Shown: positions 18,860 through 30,053, counted from the stretch's first letter. The stretch is DNA of 64,000 nt from an uncultured delta proteobacterium (GCA_963733195.1 CAVTCR010000059.1:160001-224000), one strand, 5' to 3'. Program-made: numbers and translations. The notes: generated by a model from the letters alone, not told the origin.

Positions 18860-19650
18860 TATTTCCCCTGAAACTTCGGCCTGCGCTTTTGCATAAACGC
18901 CGACACTCCTTCTTTGTAATCATCACTGTTAAAGCAACGAGTAGACCAGGCACGAATTTTGTCTATGTCGCGCAGGTTTGCTGCTTTGGTGCTCTCGCGG
19001 ACAAAAAACTTGTGGGCGCCGACACTCAATGGAGCGTTGTCGGCGATCTTTGCAGCATAGTCGCGGGTGAACGATTCCAGCTCGGCTTTGGGAACAATAC
19101 GATTCACCAACCCCATCCGTAAGGCTTCGTCCGCGTTGTACACACGAGCAGTGACAAGAATCTCCGTCGCGTTGGCTGCACCAACAACATGTACGAGACG
19201 CTCCACTCCACGCTCGATTGGATAAGCGACGCTCAGGCGTGCAGCCGGAATACAAAAGCGAGAGTCATCTGAACACACGCGAAGATCGCACATGACCGCG
19301 ACCGAACAGCCGCCACCAAAACAAATACCATTGATCATAGCGATCACGGGTTTCTCTAGAGTCGCCAGCGATCCAAGTGCTGCTCCCGTCGCACGGTCGT
19401 ATGTTTGCGTCGCATCGGCGTTGGCACGAACAGACCCAAATTGTGAGATGTCTGCTCCAGAGATAAACGCTTCGTCACCTGTACCACGAATGAGCAATAC
19501 GCGGATGTCGTCATCCGCTGCGACCTGGGCGACAAAGTCAGGAATCGCCTGCCACATTTCTAAGCTGACGGCATTACGACGTTCTGGACGGTTAAAGGTA
19601 ATCCATGCTAGCGGAGCTTCTTTGTGAAACAGTAATGGTTGGGTAGACAT
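18859..19650 (-). CDS. Enoyl-CoA hydratase/isomerase (crotonase) family protein
   Basis: FNRPERRNA, AFISGADI, KPVIAMINGICFGGG, DYKEGVSAFMQKRRPKFQG. Confidence 0.92.
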   Translation of the reverse strand: MSTQPLLFHKEAPLAWITFNRPERRNAVSLEMWQAIPDFVAQVAADDDIRVLLIRGTGDEAFISGADISQFGSVRANADATQTYDRATGAALGSLATLEKPVIAMINGICFGGGCSVAVMCDLRVCSDDSRFCIPAARLSVAYPIERGVERLVHVVGAANATEILVTARVYNADEALRMGLVNRIVPKAELESFTRDYAAKIADNAPLSVGAHKFFVRESTKAANLRDIDKIRAWSTRCFNSDDYKEGVSAFMQKRRPKFQGK

Positions 19651-19663
19651 ACAATATTCCTCT

Positions 19664-19756
19664 TAAGGCTTGAGGCTACAGACTACAGGCTAGAGGGAAA
19701 ACTGAGGTCCTAGCCTGTAGCTGATGCTTAGCTGATCACTGATGGCTGACAGCTTT
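19664..19756. repeat. Two adjacent heptamer arrays (NNAGRCT and CTGANNN families) with an 11-bp IR
   Basis: TAAGGCT TGAGGCT ACAGACT ACAGGCT; CTACAGGCTAG / CTAGCCTGTAG; CTGATCA CTGATGG CTGACAG. Confidence 0.75.
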
Positions 19757-19758
19757 TT

Positions 19759-20673
19759 CTAGCGAAACGCGGGGATTACTTCCTTAGCTAGGAAACGCGT
19801 ATTCTCATCTACATAGTCAGGTCGACACGCGGAAGGCAAAACGATCATCTGCGCTCCAGCATCGACATACTCTTTAAGCCGTTTTTGGCAGTCCTCGGGC
19901 GTTCCCGCGAGTGCGTATTTGTCGATCAGTTTCGAGAAATCCTGATTGTACTGTTTGCTGAGCTTGTCACTTGCCATCTGACGACCAGTCTCCTTGTTGG
20001 CGTGTACTGCGGCGAATATGAAAACCCCGGGAGTAAAAGGTGCTGATTCTCGTCCATACTCTTTGCGCAGTTTGTTAATCGTCTCGATGCTGCTGTGGAG
20101 TTGTTCGGGGGTGTACATATAGGGCAGCCAACCGTTGGCGTACTTGGCCGTGCGTTTCATGGCCGGTTCTTTGCGACCAGCAACCCAGATAGGCGGATGC
20201 GGGTGCTGTTGCGGTGCCGGCTCAATGGAGACTTCGTTTAAAGTAGTAAACTTCCCTTTGAAAGTGACATTTTTCTCTGTCCACAGTTTGGTGATCACTT
20301 CGAGTGCTTCATTGGTGCGCGCTCCGCGCTGATTGACCGGTACACCGCACGCTTCAAACTCTTTGGGGAACTCGCCACCAATACCGACGCCGAAGTTGTA
20401 GCGGCCGCCAGAGGCGACATCGAGTGCGGCGCCCATCTTCGCGACGATTGCCGCAGGATACAGTGGAAGCAAAACTACTGAGCTGAGCAGCTTGATCTTT
20501 TTTGTTGCGCCAGCTGCGACCGACAAGGAAATAAAGGTGTTGGAGACAGGTCCGTAAAACATCACATGCTCACCACAGCCGAGAAAGTCATAGCCGAGGT
20601 CTTCAGCTTGTTGGGCAAATTCTGCAGTTCCTGTGACCGACGGCAGCGCCGTCCCAAATTCGATCTTCGCCAT
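19759..20673 (-). CDS. LLM-class flavin/F420-dependent oxidoreductase
   Basis: AEDLGYDFLGCGEH, LDVASGGRYNFGVGIG, HPPIWVAG. Confidence 0.88.
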   Translation of the reverse strand: MAKIEFGTALPSVTGTAEFAQQAEDLGYDFLGCGEHVMFYGPVSNTFISLSVAAGATKKIKLLSSVVLLPLYPAAIVAKMGAALDVASGGRYNFGVGIGGEFPKEFEACGVPVNQRGARTNEALEVITKLWTEKNVTFKGKFTTLNEVSIEPAPQQHPHPPIWVAGRKEPAMKRTAKYANGWLPYMYTPEQLHSSIETINKLRKEYGRESAPFTPGVFIFAAVHANKETGRQMASDKLSKQYNQDFSKLIDKYALAGTPEDCQKRLKEYVDAGAQMIVLPSACRPDYVDENTRFLAKEVIPAFR

Positions 20674-20793
20674 GTGCCCTCCTTAGTGAATAGCGTGGTC
20701 TCTTTCATAGCCTTGGTGCGGGCAAGGAATCAACCCGTGTTGACATCACAAGCGAGCCCCTCGTATCGTGATTACGGGCAAACGGAGGAATTG

Positions 20794-21171
20794 ATGGCGA
20801 TGTCATACTTCACTCGTGTGGTGGAAGAGCGTATCCGCGAAGCACAAAAGGAAGGCGCGTTCGACAATCTACCGGGTAAGGGTAAGCCGTTGCAGTTAGA
20901 GGACCAAAGTCTGATCCCAGAAGACCTCCGTATATCATACCACATTTTGCGCAACGCTCATGTCTTGCCGCCGGAAGCCGAGATCCAGAAAGAGATTCAT
21001 ACGCTCCAAGATCTCTTAAAATATGTTGAAGAAGATGGCGAGCGCAAATCCTTACTGAAGGACATCGAGTGGAAGTTCATTCGCCTTGACATGCTGCGCC
21101 GACGCTCGTTCTCTTGGCAAACGTCTCGTTTCTACGGGAAGAAACTGGTACGGCGTCTTCTGCATCGGTAG
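20794..21171 (+). CDS. DUF1992 family protein
   Basis: VEERIREAQKEGAFDNLPGKGKPL, ILRNAHVLPPE; GGAGG RBS and TTGACA-N18-TATCGT upstream. Confidence 0.85.
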   Translation: MAMSYFTRVVEERIREAQKEGAFDNLPGKGKPLQLEDQSLIPEDLRISYHILRNAHVLPPEAEIQKEIHTLQDLLKYVEEDGERKSLLKDIEWKFIRLDMLRRRSFSWQTSRFYGKKLVRRLLHR

Positions 21172-21199
21172 CTCCTCATTCAGCAGCCTCCAATCTCTG

Positions 21200-21295
21200 T
21201 AGGGGAAAAGTGAAAAGGGGGAAAGGGTTAAAGGGAGATGGAAAAGGGTTTCTTCTTTATCCCCTGTCCCTTTTCTCCGTTTGCCCATTTTCCCT
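21200..21295. repeat. Inverted pair of 8-bp-period purine/pyrimidine arrays
   Basis: GGGGAAAA GTGAAAAG GGGGAAAG GGTTAAAG...CCCCTGTC CCTTTTCT CCGTTTGC CCATTTTC. Confidence 0.7.
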
Positions 21296-21377
21296 AAGTA
21301 TTCTTATGTAATGCTAATTGCTGTGTCCCTAAAAGACAGGTAAAGCTGGACCTATTATCGCGCAGGAGGAGACTACC

Positions 21378-22289
21378 ATGAGCGTCATGCGGCTTGGGTT
21401 CGTTCACGTACGTGAGAGCGATCTAGATAAAGCCTCTACTTATTACACCGATGTGCTCGGCTTGCAGGAAGTTGCCCGTAAAGACGGCAAACGCTACTTC
21501 AAATGTTGGGATGAATACGACCATCACAGCGTGGTCATCGAAAATGGTGGTCTTGGACTGGTCAAAATGGGCTACAAGGTTGAGTCCCAAGATGAACTGA
21601 ATGCCCTGGAGAAAAAGATCGAAGCGTTCGGCATGCCAGTGCGGCGCGTGTCACGTGGTGAGAATCTCGGCATTGGGCAAGCGCTCCGGTGTACCTTGCC
21701 GTCAGACCACGTATTGGAACTTTATGCTGAGGCGGAACAACGTGGGACTTCGACTGGCGTCCTCAATCCTGATCCCTGGCCAGGGGAGCAGAAAGGGATT
21801 GCCCCATCGCGCCTCGACCATATGCTGGTGACGGCAGAAGACGTCAAACTCAATGTCGACTTTTTCACTAAAGTGCTCGGCTTTCGTATGAGCGAGCGGA
21901 TCATTCCTGGTCCCGGAAACGAAGAACTCCTCGGCGCGTTTCTGTTCTGTTCCAACAAGGCTCATGACATTGCCTTTGTCAAAGGTCCAAATGGCAAACT
22001 CCATCACTACGCCTTCTGGCTTGATAGCTGGAACGACATCCTGCGCGCCGGTGACGTGCTGAGTAAGAACGGAATGAAAATTGACTTCGGCCCGGCACGA
22101 CATGGCATCACGCGTGGCACAACAATCTATTTCTTTGGTCCGAACGGAAATCGTAATGAAGTGTTCTCGGGTGGGTATATGACCTATCCAGATTTTCCTT
22201 GCATTACCTGGACGGCCGATCAGATTGGCAAAGCGATCTTCTACATTCACCAAGAGGTGAACGAACGCTTCAGCAACTACACCACATAG
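21378..22289 (+). CDS. xylE: Catechol 2,3-dioxygenase (extradiol, VOC fold)
   Basis: KCWDEYDHHS, RLDH, KAHDIAF, KLHH, GPARHGITRGTTIYFF..GNRNEVF. Confidence 0.92.
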   Translation: MSVMRLGFVHVRESDLDKASTYYTDVLGLQEVARKDGKRYFKCWDEYDHHSVVIENGGLGLVKMGYKVESQDELNALEKKIEAFGMPVRRVSRGENLGIGQALRCTLPSDHVLELYAEAEQRGTSTGVLNPDPWPGEQKGIAPSRLDHMLVTAEDVKLNVDFFTKVLGFRMSERIIPGPGNEELLGAFLFCSNKAHDIAFVKGPNGKLHHYAFWLDSWNDILRAGDVLSKNGMKIDFGPARHGITRGTTIYFFGPNGNRNEVFSGGYMTYPDFPCITWTADQIGKAIFYIHQEVNERFSNYTT

Positions 22290-22317
22290 GTTACTTTAAA
22301 AAAGTAACCATTCTTTG

Positions 22318-22348
22318 CTGCCCCGCAAGCCCTGCGGGGCAGATTTTT
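22318..22348 (+). terminator. Rho-independent terminator
   Basis: CTGCCCCGCA-AGCCC-TGCGGGGCAG-ATTTTT. Confidence 0.75.
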
Positions 22349-22398
22349 CCTCCTCTCTTTGCCTTCAGTTGAAAATATCACTCTGAGTTTTCCTCTCC

Positions 22399-22427
22399 CT
22401 TGACACTGCTCTGCGGCGACTTACTTT
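22399..22427 (+). promoter_or_regulatory. Putative heat-shock (RpoH-type) or sigma70 promoter of hsp20-clpB
   Basis: CTTGACA-N14-CTTACTTT upstream of AGGAGG and ATG 22460. Confidence 0.4.
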
Positions 22428-22459
22428 TAGCCAATATACACATACTAGGAGGTCGTCAC

Positions 22460-22900
22460 ATGACATTGATTCATTGGAACCCAATGCACGAGTTGGCTAA
22501 AACACAGAAGCAATTTTCTACTCTACTGAACGAAGCTCTCCATCGCGAAACTGTCCCCTATGCGGGACGTGAAACTTGGAGTCCCGCTGTTGATGTGAGT
22601 GAGACTGCAGAGGGTTATACTTTTGCAATTGAATTGCCCGGTATGACTCCGGAGACGGTTTCCGTTGAGGTGAAAGACAACGTACTGACCGTTAAAGGGG
22701 AACGCAAAGAAGCCATGCTCAAAGACGGAACACAGTATCTCCACCGCGAGCGCTCGTATGGACGTTTTGCCCGCGTATTTCGTATGGCGAAACCAGTCAA
22801 TGCGGATAGTGTGACTGCGTCCTACCGGGACGGAGTTCTCTCGATCGCTGTTCCTCTGCGTGAAGAGGCGAAGCCCCGCAAGATTCACGTTCAGGGATAA
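22460..22900 (+). CDS. Small heat shock protein Hsp20/alpha-crystallin
   Basis: WSPAVDV, ELPG, ERSYGRFAR, ASYRDGVLSI, KPRKIHV. Confidence 0.93.
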   Translation: MTLIHWNPMHELAKTQKQFSTLLNEALHRETVPYAGRETWSPAVDVSETAEGYTFAIELPGMTPETVSVEVKDNVLTVKGERKEAMLKDGTQYLHRERSYGRFARVFRMAKPVNADSVTASYRDGVLSIAVPLREEAKPRKIHVQG

Positions 22901-22957
22901 CACGTACGACCTCATTGAAAGATTGCTAGCGTAGCAGCACAGGAAGGAGCGTAGCTC

Positions 22958-25576
22958 ATGGATCTCAATCGCTTGACCGAAAAATCGCAAGAAGCTCTCC
23001 GCAATGCACAAGCACTGGCGACCAGACGCAACCACCAGAGCGTAGATGTAGAACACCTTCTTGCTGCGTTATGCGAAGAGACCGATGGGTTGACGGCTGC
23101 GCTCCTGGCCGGTGCTGGAATTGCACCAAGTGCGGTGCGCGAGCGAGTCGAGCAGGAACTCGCTCGCATCCCACAGGTGTCCGGTCCAGGTGCCGGAGCT
23201 CAACAAGTCTACATCACACAACGCCTCTCTCGTACACTCACTCAGGCAGAGGATGAGGCCAAAGATCTCAAAGACGAGTATGTCAGCGTCGAACATCTCC
23301 TCTTAGCGATGCTGAACGATAGTGGAAACGTTAGCCGACTCTTAAAATCCCTTGGTATGACTCGTGAGCGCTTCATGACTGCCTTACAAAAAGTGCGTGG
23401 CCATCAACGTGTAACCAGCCCTAATCCCGAGACAACCTATCAAGCCTTAGAGCGTTACGGACGGGACCTGACCAAGCTCGCGACACAAGGGAAACTCGAC
23501 CCGGTCATTGGTCGTGATGAAGAAATCCGTCGCGTCGTACAAGTCCTCTCTCGACGGACCAAGAACAACCCTGTGTTAATCGGTGATCCGGGGGTAGGGA
23601 AGACTGCGATTGTCGAAGGGCTGGCGCAACGCATTGTTCGTGGCGATGTTCCAGAAAGCTTAAAGAACAAGCGCCTCATCGTGCTTGATATGGGGTCTCT
23701 GATAGCTGGAGCGAAATTCCGCGGCGAGTTTGAAGAGCGCCTCAAAGCAGTACTCAAAGAAGTACAGGAGTCCAACGGCGAAGTGATTCTCTTCATCGAC
23801 GAACTTCACACGGTAGTGGGTGCTGGTGCTGCCGAAGGAGCCATGGATGCCTCTAATCTGCTTAAGCCGATGCTGGCGCGTGGTGAGTTGCACTGCATTG
23901 GCGCGACCACGCTTGATGAATATCGCAAGTATGTCGAAAAAGATCGTGCGTTAGAGCGTCGCTTTCAACCCGTGTTGGTCGATCAACCTAATGTCGAAGA
24001 TACCATTTCAATTCTGCGCGGATTACGTGAGCGGTACGAAGTGCATCATGGTGTACGCATTAAAGACGCGGCACTGGTCTCCGCTGCCGTCTTGTCGCAT
24101 CGTTATATCAGTGACCGTTTCTTGCCGGATAAAGCGATTGACCTCGTTGATGAAGCCGCAGCTAAATTACGAACAGAAATTGATTCGATGCCTACTGAGT
24201 TGGATGAAGTATCACGAAGAGTGATGCAGCTTGAGATCGAACGAGAAGCATTGCGGAAGGAAACTGATCAGTCCTCACGTGAGCGGCTTATTAAACTTGA
24301 GAAAGAACTAGCTAACCTCAAAGAAGAAGATCATCGGTTGCGGGCGCAGTGGGAACGTGAGAAAGGCGCACTCGGTGGAGTGGCAGAACTGCAGAAAAAA
24401 CTTGAGGCGGCTCGTCAAGAACTTGCCAAAGTTAGCCGTCCGGACAGTAAAGACTATAATCTCGCGCGGGCGAGTGAGCTTCAATATAAAGATATTCCTG
24501 AACTCGAAAACCTCATCGCCACAGCCGGAGAAAGCGGCGCGCGCTTGATCAAAGATCATGTTGACGAAGATGACATTGCCGCAGTCGTCTCACGATGGAC
24601 AGGCATTCCGGTCATCAAATTGCTCGAGGGGGAGAAAGAAAAGCTCCTCCATCTTGATAGCCATCTCCACAAACGTGTCATTGGACAAGACGAAGCGGTA
24701 CAAGTCGTGTCTGACGCGGTGATCCGTACACGTTCTGGCCTCAAAGATCCGAACCGTCCGATTGGATCGTTTATCTTTCTCGGACCTACTGGGGTGGGAA
24801 AAACCGAACTTGCGCGTGCGTTGGCAGAGTTCCTATTCGATGACGAAGCGAATATGGTTCGTCTCGACATGTCGGAGTACATGGAGAAGCACACTGTCGC
24901 ACGCTTGATTGGTGCACCTCCAGGGTATGTTGGCTATGACGAAGGCGGTCAACTCACTGAGGCAGTACGACGACGACCGTACTCAGTCATCCTTTTCGAC
25001 GAAATCGAGAAAGCGCATCCGGACGTCTTCAATGTCTTACTGCAGATTCTCGATGACGGGCGGCTGACCGATGGTCATGGACGTACGGTGGATTTCAAGA
25101 ATACTGCGGTAATTATGACTTCGAACGTTGGCAGTCAATTGATTCTCGGATATCGGGGTGGTGACGACTCCGTTGCCTACGAACAGATGAAACGATCTGT
25201 GCTTGAGGCCCTACAGCAGCAGTTCCGGCCAGAGTTTCTCAACCGGGTTGATGACATCGTCGTGTTCCACAGTTTGTCGCGTGAACATCTCAAGTCTATT
25301 GTGGACATTCAGCTTGAACGTTTGCGTAGACGGTTGGCAGAGCGCCATATCACACTCGAACTGACAGAGGGAGCGAAGGAATACTTTGCGACCGCTGGTT
25401 ATGACCCGACCTACGGGGCGCGGCCACTCAAGCGGTTACTTCAGCGCGAGATCGAGACGACACTTGGACGGAAACTATTGGCTGGTGAGATCGGTGAGCA
25501 TTCGCGGGTCGTCGTTGACTGGAACGGCAAGAATCTGTCGTTTGCTGGTCACCCAGCGATAGCTGAAGCAGCCTGA
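22958..25576 (+). CDS. clpB: ATP-dependent disaggregase ClpB
   Basis: Two AAA+ modules ([16 protein letters not shown]), coiled-coil middle domain, GAPPGYVGY. Confidence 0.97.
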   Translation: MDLNRLTEKSQEALRNAQALATRRNHQSVDVEHLLAALCEETDGLTAALLAGAGIAPSAVRERVEQELARIPQVSGPGAGAQQVYITQRLSRTLTQAEDEAKDLKDEYVSVEHLLLAMLNDSGNVSRLLKSLGMTRERFMTALQKVRGHQRVTSPNPETTYQALERYGRDLTKLATQGKLDPVIGRDEEIRRVVQVLSRRTKNNPVLIGDPGVGKTAIVEGLAQRIVRGDVPESLKNKRLIVLDMGSLIAGAKFRGEFEERLKAVLKEVQESNGEVILFIDELHTVVGAGAAEGAMDASNLLKPMLARGELHCIGATTLDEYRKYVEKDRALERRFQPVLVDQPNVEDTISILRGLRERYEVHHGVRIKDAALVSAAVLSHRYISDRFLPDKAIDLVDEAAAKLRTEIDSMPTELDEVSRRVMQLEIEREALRKETDQSSRERLIKLEKELANLKEEDHRLRAQWEREKGALGGVAELQKKLEAARQELAKVSRPDSKDYNLARASELQYKDIPELENLIATAGESGARLIKDHVDEDDIAAVVSRWTGIPVIKLLEGEKEKLLHLDSHLHKRVIGQDEAVQVVSDAVIRTRSGLKDPNRPIGSFIFLGPTGVGKTELARALAEFLFDDEANMVRLDMSEYMEKHTVARLIGAPPGYVGYDEGGQLTEAVRRRPYSVILFDEIEKAHPDVFNVLLQILDDGRLTDGHGRTVDFKNTAVIMTSNVGSQLILGYRGGDDSVAYEQMKRSVLEALQQQFRPEFLNRVDDIVVFHSLSREHLKSIVDIQLERLRRRLAERHITLELTEGAKEYFATAGYDPTYGARPLKRLLQREIETTLGRKLLAGEIGEHSRVVVDWNGKNLSFAGHPAIAEAA

Positions 25577-27183
25577 CCAGGGAGTGCGGGGACTTCTGCA
25601 GGGGGGAAGTCCCGCGCAATATAACGTGAATAAATATCGTAACGTTCGAGAATAGTGTTGGCGTAGCGCACAGCCTCTCGTCCTTGTGCATAGCCAAAAA
25701 GTGTCTTGTTGTGATAGGTGGGGTCCTCTAATAAAGGGAGGATCTGTTCCACCGACCCCGTCCAGCAGTCCGGATCATATCCTTGCAGCTGTGCGATCCG
25801 TTGCGCGTCTTCGACATGTCCGAGGCCCATCACATAACTGGCAAGGATGAAAGCGAGACGATCTCGCGGGCGTCCACTTTGAAAACGGCGTGAGAGGAAA
25901 CTGAGATACTTCACGCCTGCCTCAATGTTCGCGTGGGGATCTTGGAAGTTCTTTAATCCAACGAGTTGTGCTGTAAACGGCATTAGCTGCATCAGCCCGA
26001 ACGCTCCTGCGCTACTGACTCGGGTATGGTCGAAGCGAGACTCTTCAAAAATCAACGCTGCCACAAACCGCCAATCAAACCCAGCTTCTTCTGCATAGCG
26101 TGCAATGATCTGATCATACCGGGACAGCCGCTTTTTTTCACTGAGCGAGCCCTCGAATACACGAGGAGCGGCATGTCGAATCGAAGGGGAGAGAAAATAT
26201 TTTTCCGTCAGTATTTTCTTCTCACCTGAACGACTGATTCGCTCCAAGTAAGCGTCAATGGTGCGTAACAACTCTGTCTGGCCTGGACGCACCGCCCATA
26301 CGAGCCTCACTGGTTGTGGGAGTGGCCAGGCTGAACGTAACTGCCCTGGATACCAGACATGCGCGACATGGACGAGCGGGTCCATGAGTACTGTGGCCGC
26401 GGTCCGCCCAGTGATTACACCGCTTAATACCTCTCGAATATCTTCCTTACCAGTGATAGTCGGTAAAATAGATGGGAGCGTCAGCGTTTGAGTTGCGATT
26501 TGCAATTGGTAAGCATAGGCAGAGCCGGCATGAAGTGCAACAGGTTGACCAGCCAAGTCAGGGAGGGTGCGAGGTGCTGATTCATCACTGCGGGTGACGA
26601 CTTGTGCGGTTGTTTCAAAATAAGGCCGAGAGGTGAGCACTGGTCCGGGACTCACTCCCCCGATCGTGGTCAGACCAGCGAGAATATCTCCCTTCCCGTC
26701 ATGGAGCCATGCGACCGCGTCGATTCCAGGTGGCGAGGTGACAATATCTACGCGAATACCAAGCTCACGACCGAAGGCTTCCGCAAGTTCGTACTCAAAC
26801 CCCTTTTGTTCACCTCCCTGGAGGAAATAGGATGCAGGACCATGTTGCATCAAGAACGTGACTGCTCCTCGGCGTTGTAAGTCGGCAGCGGTAAGCTGAG
26901 GAGACACTGTTTGTGAATTGTCTCCAACATTTGCTTTGGAAAGTCGAGAGCTTTCAGTGATAGCGGGGATTTGCGAAGAGGGATGAAACCCGACATAGGG
27001 GTCATTAGCAACTATTGTTTGTTTGGAGATTGCTAGATGAGGAAGTTCGCGCATCAGGGGAGAGACTAGGCGCTGTGAGAACAAGTCTGGACGGGATCGG
27101 GCCATACTACAAACCACACCAGCCACTACCACCAACCAAACCCCGACACGCAAGTAGACGGCGGTCATGCGGGCCAAATACAT
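25549..27183 (-). CDS. mltF: MltF-like lytic murein transglycosylase (substrate-binding domain plus SLT domain)
   Basis: [10 protein letters not shown]; [37 protein letters not shown]. Confidence 0.8.
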   Translation of the reverse strand: MYLARMTAVYLRVGVWLVVVAGVVCSMARSRPDLFSQRLVSPLMRELPHLAISKQTIVANDPYVGFHPSSQIPAITESSRLSKANVGDNSQTVSPQLTAADLQRRGAVTFLMQHGPASYFLQGGEQKGFEYELAEAFGRELGIRVDIVTSPPGIDAVAWLHDGKGDILAGLTTIGGVSPGPVLTSRPYFETTAQVVTRSDESAPRTLPDLAGQPVALHAGSAYAYQLQIATQTLTLPSILPTITGKEDIREVLSGVITGRTAATVLMDPLVHVAHVWYPGQLRSAWPLPQPVRLVWAVRPGQTELLRTIDAYLERISRSGEKKILTEKYFLSPSIRHAAPRVFEGSLSEKKRLSRYDQIIARYAEEAGFDWRFVAALIFEESRFDHTRVSSAGAFGLMQLMPFTAQLVGLKNFQDPHANIEAGVKYLSFLSRRFQSGRPRDRLAFILASYVMGLGHVEDAQRIAQLQGYDPDCWTGSVEQILPLLEDPTYHNKTLFGYAQGREAVRYANTILERYDIYSRYIARDFPPAEVPALPGQAASAIAG

Positions 27184-27215
27184 GACCGCCTACGCTTTGA
27201 CAAGTCCTTTGTGCG

Positions 27216-27244
27216 TTGACAGGGAAATTTTTTTTCCCTACCGT
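27216..27244 (+). promoter_or_regulatory. Sigma70 promoter with an embedded palindromic operator; leaderless tetR transcript
   Basis: TTGACA-N17-TACCGT-N7-ATG(27252); AGGGAAA-N5-TTTCCCT palindrome at 27221-27239. Confidence 0.6.
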
Positions 27245-27251
27245 GCTGCTC

Positions 27252-27911
27252 ATGGGTGCTCGGGAAAAGATTCTAGAGACGGCGGCACGTCTCTTCTCCA
27301 CTCAAGGCTATCGCGCCACCTCGCTTGCACAGATCGCGCGAGCCGCGCAGGTGAGCAAGGCGCTTGTGTTGTGGCATTTTGATAGCAAAGAGCATCTCTT
27401 CCATGTCGCACTGCAACATTTCCTTGCTCCTTATGAAATCCGTGATCAGGAGATAGATGGGCTCACTGAAAGTGACCAACTTGAACGACTGATTAATGAC
27501 TACTACGAATTCGTTGCGGAACATCTCTACTCGGTCAAGTTTCTCCTGGGTCAAGTCGTGCGTGACGATAAGAATAGTCCGGAATTTGTAACACAAGTCC
27601 GGCAGCTTTATCAGGTGTATCGTGAACTGTTGGCTTCGATTATTGAACGTGGGAAGGCGCAAGGAGTATTTGCTGCCGAAATCCGACCACACACGGAAGC
27701 AGCACTCGTGATGGCCAGCTTAAATGGTCTGCTCGTTCAACGATTAGTTGAAAATGTCGCGGTAGAGGAAGAACGAGAACTCCTTAAGCACTTTCAACAG
27801 ACCCTCCGGGTGCGCCTGAGTCCTCCGACGACGCATCCGGAAGTTGTTGTCCCACCACTCTCGAGATTGCGAGCCGAGACGACACCCTTGCAACGAGTGG
27901 GCCGACAATAA
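27252..27911 (+). CDS. TetR/AcrR-family transcriptional regulator
   Basis: REKILETAARLFSTQGYRATSLAQIARAAQVSKALVLWHFDSKEHL. Confidence 0.9.
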   Translation: MGAREKILETAARLFSTQGYRATSLAQIARAAQVSKALVLWHFDSKEHLFHVALQHFLAPYEIRDQEIDGLTESDQLERLINDYYEFVAEHLYSVKFLLGQVVRDDKNSPEFVTQVRQLYQVYRELLASIIERGKAQGVFAAEIRPHTEAALVMASLNGLLVQRLVENVAVEEERELLKHFQQTLRVRLSPPTTHPEVVVPPLSRLRAETTPLQRVGRQ

Positions 27912-27989
27912 CATGATGTATTGAATTGCATGGGAACACGGTGTGAGTAAAGTAATCTAGCGTTGCTGAATGGCGACAAAGGAGGTCGT

Positions 27990-28202
27990 ATGGTCGAGAA
28001 AACTATTGAGCTCACTGGGGCGTCGTCAACGAGTATTGAAGATGCCGTTTCTCTGGCTATTGCTCGAGCCGCTGTGACGATTAGTGGCATCTATCATGTC
28101 CAACTCACTGACATTTCTGCTCAGGTTGAGGATGGAATGGTAGCGCGCTGGAAGGTCAAGATCAAAGCCACCTTTCCCGTAAAAGATCGGATACACGAGT
28201 AA
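27990..28202 (+). CDS. Dodecin (flavin-binding) family protein
   Basis: KTIELTGASSTSIEDAVSLAIARA...WKVKIKATF; AAGGAGG RBS. Confidence 0.85.
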   Translation: MVEKTIELTGASSTSIEDAVSLAIARAAVTISGIYHVQLTDISAQVEDGMVARWKVKIKATFPVKDRIHE

Positions 28203-28207
28203 TCGCT

Positions 28208-29192
28208 ATGGATACGAAGATCCATGAGGTTGCCTCCGGTATCTATCAACTGTATTTACCGCTGCCGATGCGACCAAGCATCGTCAACGTCTACCTCGTG
28301 CGAGATGGCGACGAATGGGCGCTCATCGACACTGGCATGAATAGCGATGATAGCATCGAGACCTTCAAGACTGCTTTGGCACAGGTTGGGTGTCCACTGA
28401 CGGCAGTACGGCAAATCTTCTGTACGCACCATCATGCCGATCATTTTGGGACCTCGCGGGTGTACAAAGAACTCACTGGGGCTACGGTTTTTCTGAACGC
28501 GCTCGAAATCCCGCGTATCGAGCGTATGCAATCCAACACCCCTTTGCCTGAAGGATTGGCCTTTTTTCGCTCACACGGAGTCCCGATTCCCGACTCTCCT
28601 GATGCGATGCCAACTCCAGGCCGTTATTTTGGCACGCTGTACTCGCCGACTCATCCTGACTACCACCTCAATGATGGTGAGGTGCTACGAGTCGGGAAAC
28701 GTGAGATCGTGGTGGTCTGGACACCGGGACACACTGCTGGGCACTGTTGTCTTCTATCTCCCGCAGGACAAGGTTCTCATTGTGGGTGACCATCTGCTGC
28801 CGAAGATTACTCCGCATGTCGGCGTATATTATTTCGGTCCGGACAATCCACTCCAAGATTTTCTCAATTCCCAACAAAAAGTGCAGCAGTTTGATGTCGA
28901 CCTCGTACTCCCAGCCCATGGTGGAGTGTTCAAGGACCATCGCCATCGTGCGCAGCAGATCATCCAACATCACAAATACCGATTACAGGAAATTCTTGAC
29001 ACGATTCGACGCGGACATGCACGAACAGCGCATGATATTGCGATGGAAGTTTTTGGCGTCGGTCAAGATCGCCCGCTGTTCCACATGCTGGCTGCAACTT
29101 TTGAGACCCTCGCGCACTTGCATCTTCTTATGTACGACGGAAAAGCTCGTCGGATTGAGGAGGAAAACACAATACGATTCATTGCTCAGTAA
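28208..29192 (+). CDS. MBL-fold metallo-hydrolase; one frameshift near 28750
   Basis: THHHADH and WTPGHTAGH in one frame; GDHLLPKITP and LPAHG continue in the frame of ORF 28602..29192. Confidence 0.85.
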
Positions 29193-29321
29193 ACAGCCAA
29201 TCTGCGATCCATTCTCGGGGTGCGACTTACGACGAGTGTGACGAAATTTCTCCGCCTCCCAAACTGAGGACAGACGCTTCACACAGCAACCATAACCTCT
29301 TCATCTTTGCTAAGGAGCGCT

Positions 29322-30053
29322 ATGCGGTACACGATTGTTGATATTGAAACCCGGATTGAAAAGAACTTGGTCCAGGACGTTTATTTCTCGCACGAGAATC
29401 TATCGGCTGAAGAAGCGTACTCCCGGTTTCAACAACAGTTGCGGCAAGAGCAAGGGAACGACTTCTTCCCGCTCTCCTTTCATGTCCCGATCTCGATCGC
29501 TATCGGGCAAGTAAACGAGGAGCGTATCCTGACAGCCGTCGAAACTGTAGATGAAGAAGAGTACAGCGAAGAAAGAATTGTCCGAAGTTTTTGGTCGCGG
29601 CTTGAACGTTTCCCCGGAACGTTAGTAACATTTAATGGCCGTAACTTTGACCTCCCGGTATTAGAGCTTCAGGCGCTGAAGTATGGGTGTTCAGCCCCGC
29701 GTTACTTTGGTGGGAAACATCGTAATCGCTACGCAGAAGAGGGACATTATGATCTCTACGACTTCTTGACCAACCATGGCGTTCATCGCTTACGCGGTGG
29801 GTTTAACGTCGTGGCTAAGCTGATTGGGTTGCCAGGAAAGACCGAGATCGATGGCTCCATGGTCCAACAATTATGGCAAGAGAACCGATTAAATGATATT
29901 CACAGGTACTGCCGCCACGATGTGATCCAAACATACTTTCTGTTCTTACGTATCGAGTTGATGCGTGGGCGCCTCACACCCGGCCAGTATGAACGTACGG
30001 TACAACGGTCTATGAGCTTTTGGGAAGAGCTGGAGAAGAAGACGGACGCCTAA
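29322..30053 (+). CDS. Stand-alone 3'-5' exonuclease (PolB exonuclease-like)
   Basis: DIET (ExoI), TFNGRNFDLP (ExoII), YCRHDV (ExoIII). Confidence 0.87.
   Translation: MRYTIVDIETRIEKNLVQDVYFSHENLSAEEAYSRFQQQLRQEQGNDFFPLSFHVPISIAIGQVNEERILTAVETVDEEEYSEERIVRSFWSRLERFPGTLVTFNGRNFDLPVLELQALKYGCSAPRYFGGKHRNRYAEEGHYDLYDFLTNHGVHRLRGGFNVVAKLIGLPGKTEIDGSMVQQLWQENRLNDIHRYCRHDVIQTYFLFLRIELMRGRLTPGQYERTVQRSMSFWEELEKKTDA

Noticed and set aside
18859-19650. Crotonase lacking both canonical catalytic Glu residues as a novelty
   Set aside because: Glu-less crotonase subfamilies with the IPAARL motif are common, so this is not distinctive
22380-22960. CIRCE/HrcA operator before hsp20-clpB
   Set aside because: No TTAGCACTC-N9-GAGTGCTAA match
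25549-25620. clpB/mltF 3' overlap (and the 4268-4278 overlap) as antisense regulation
   Set aside because: Short convergent overlaps are ordinary in compact genomes
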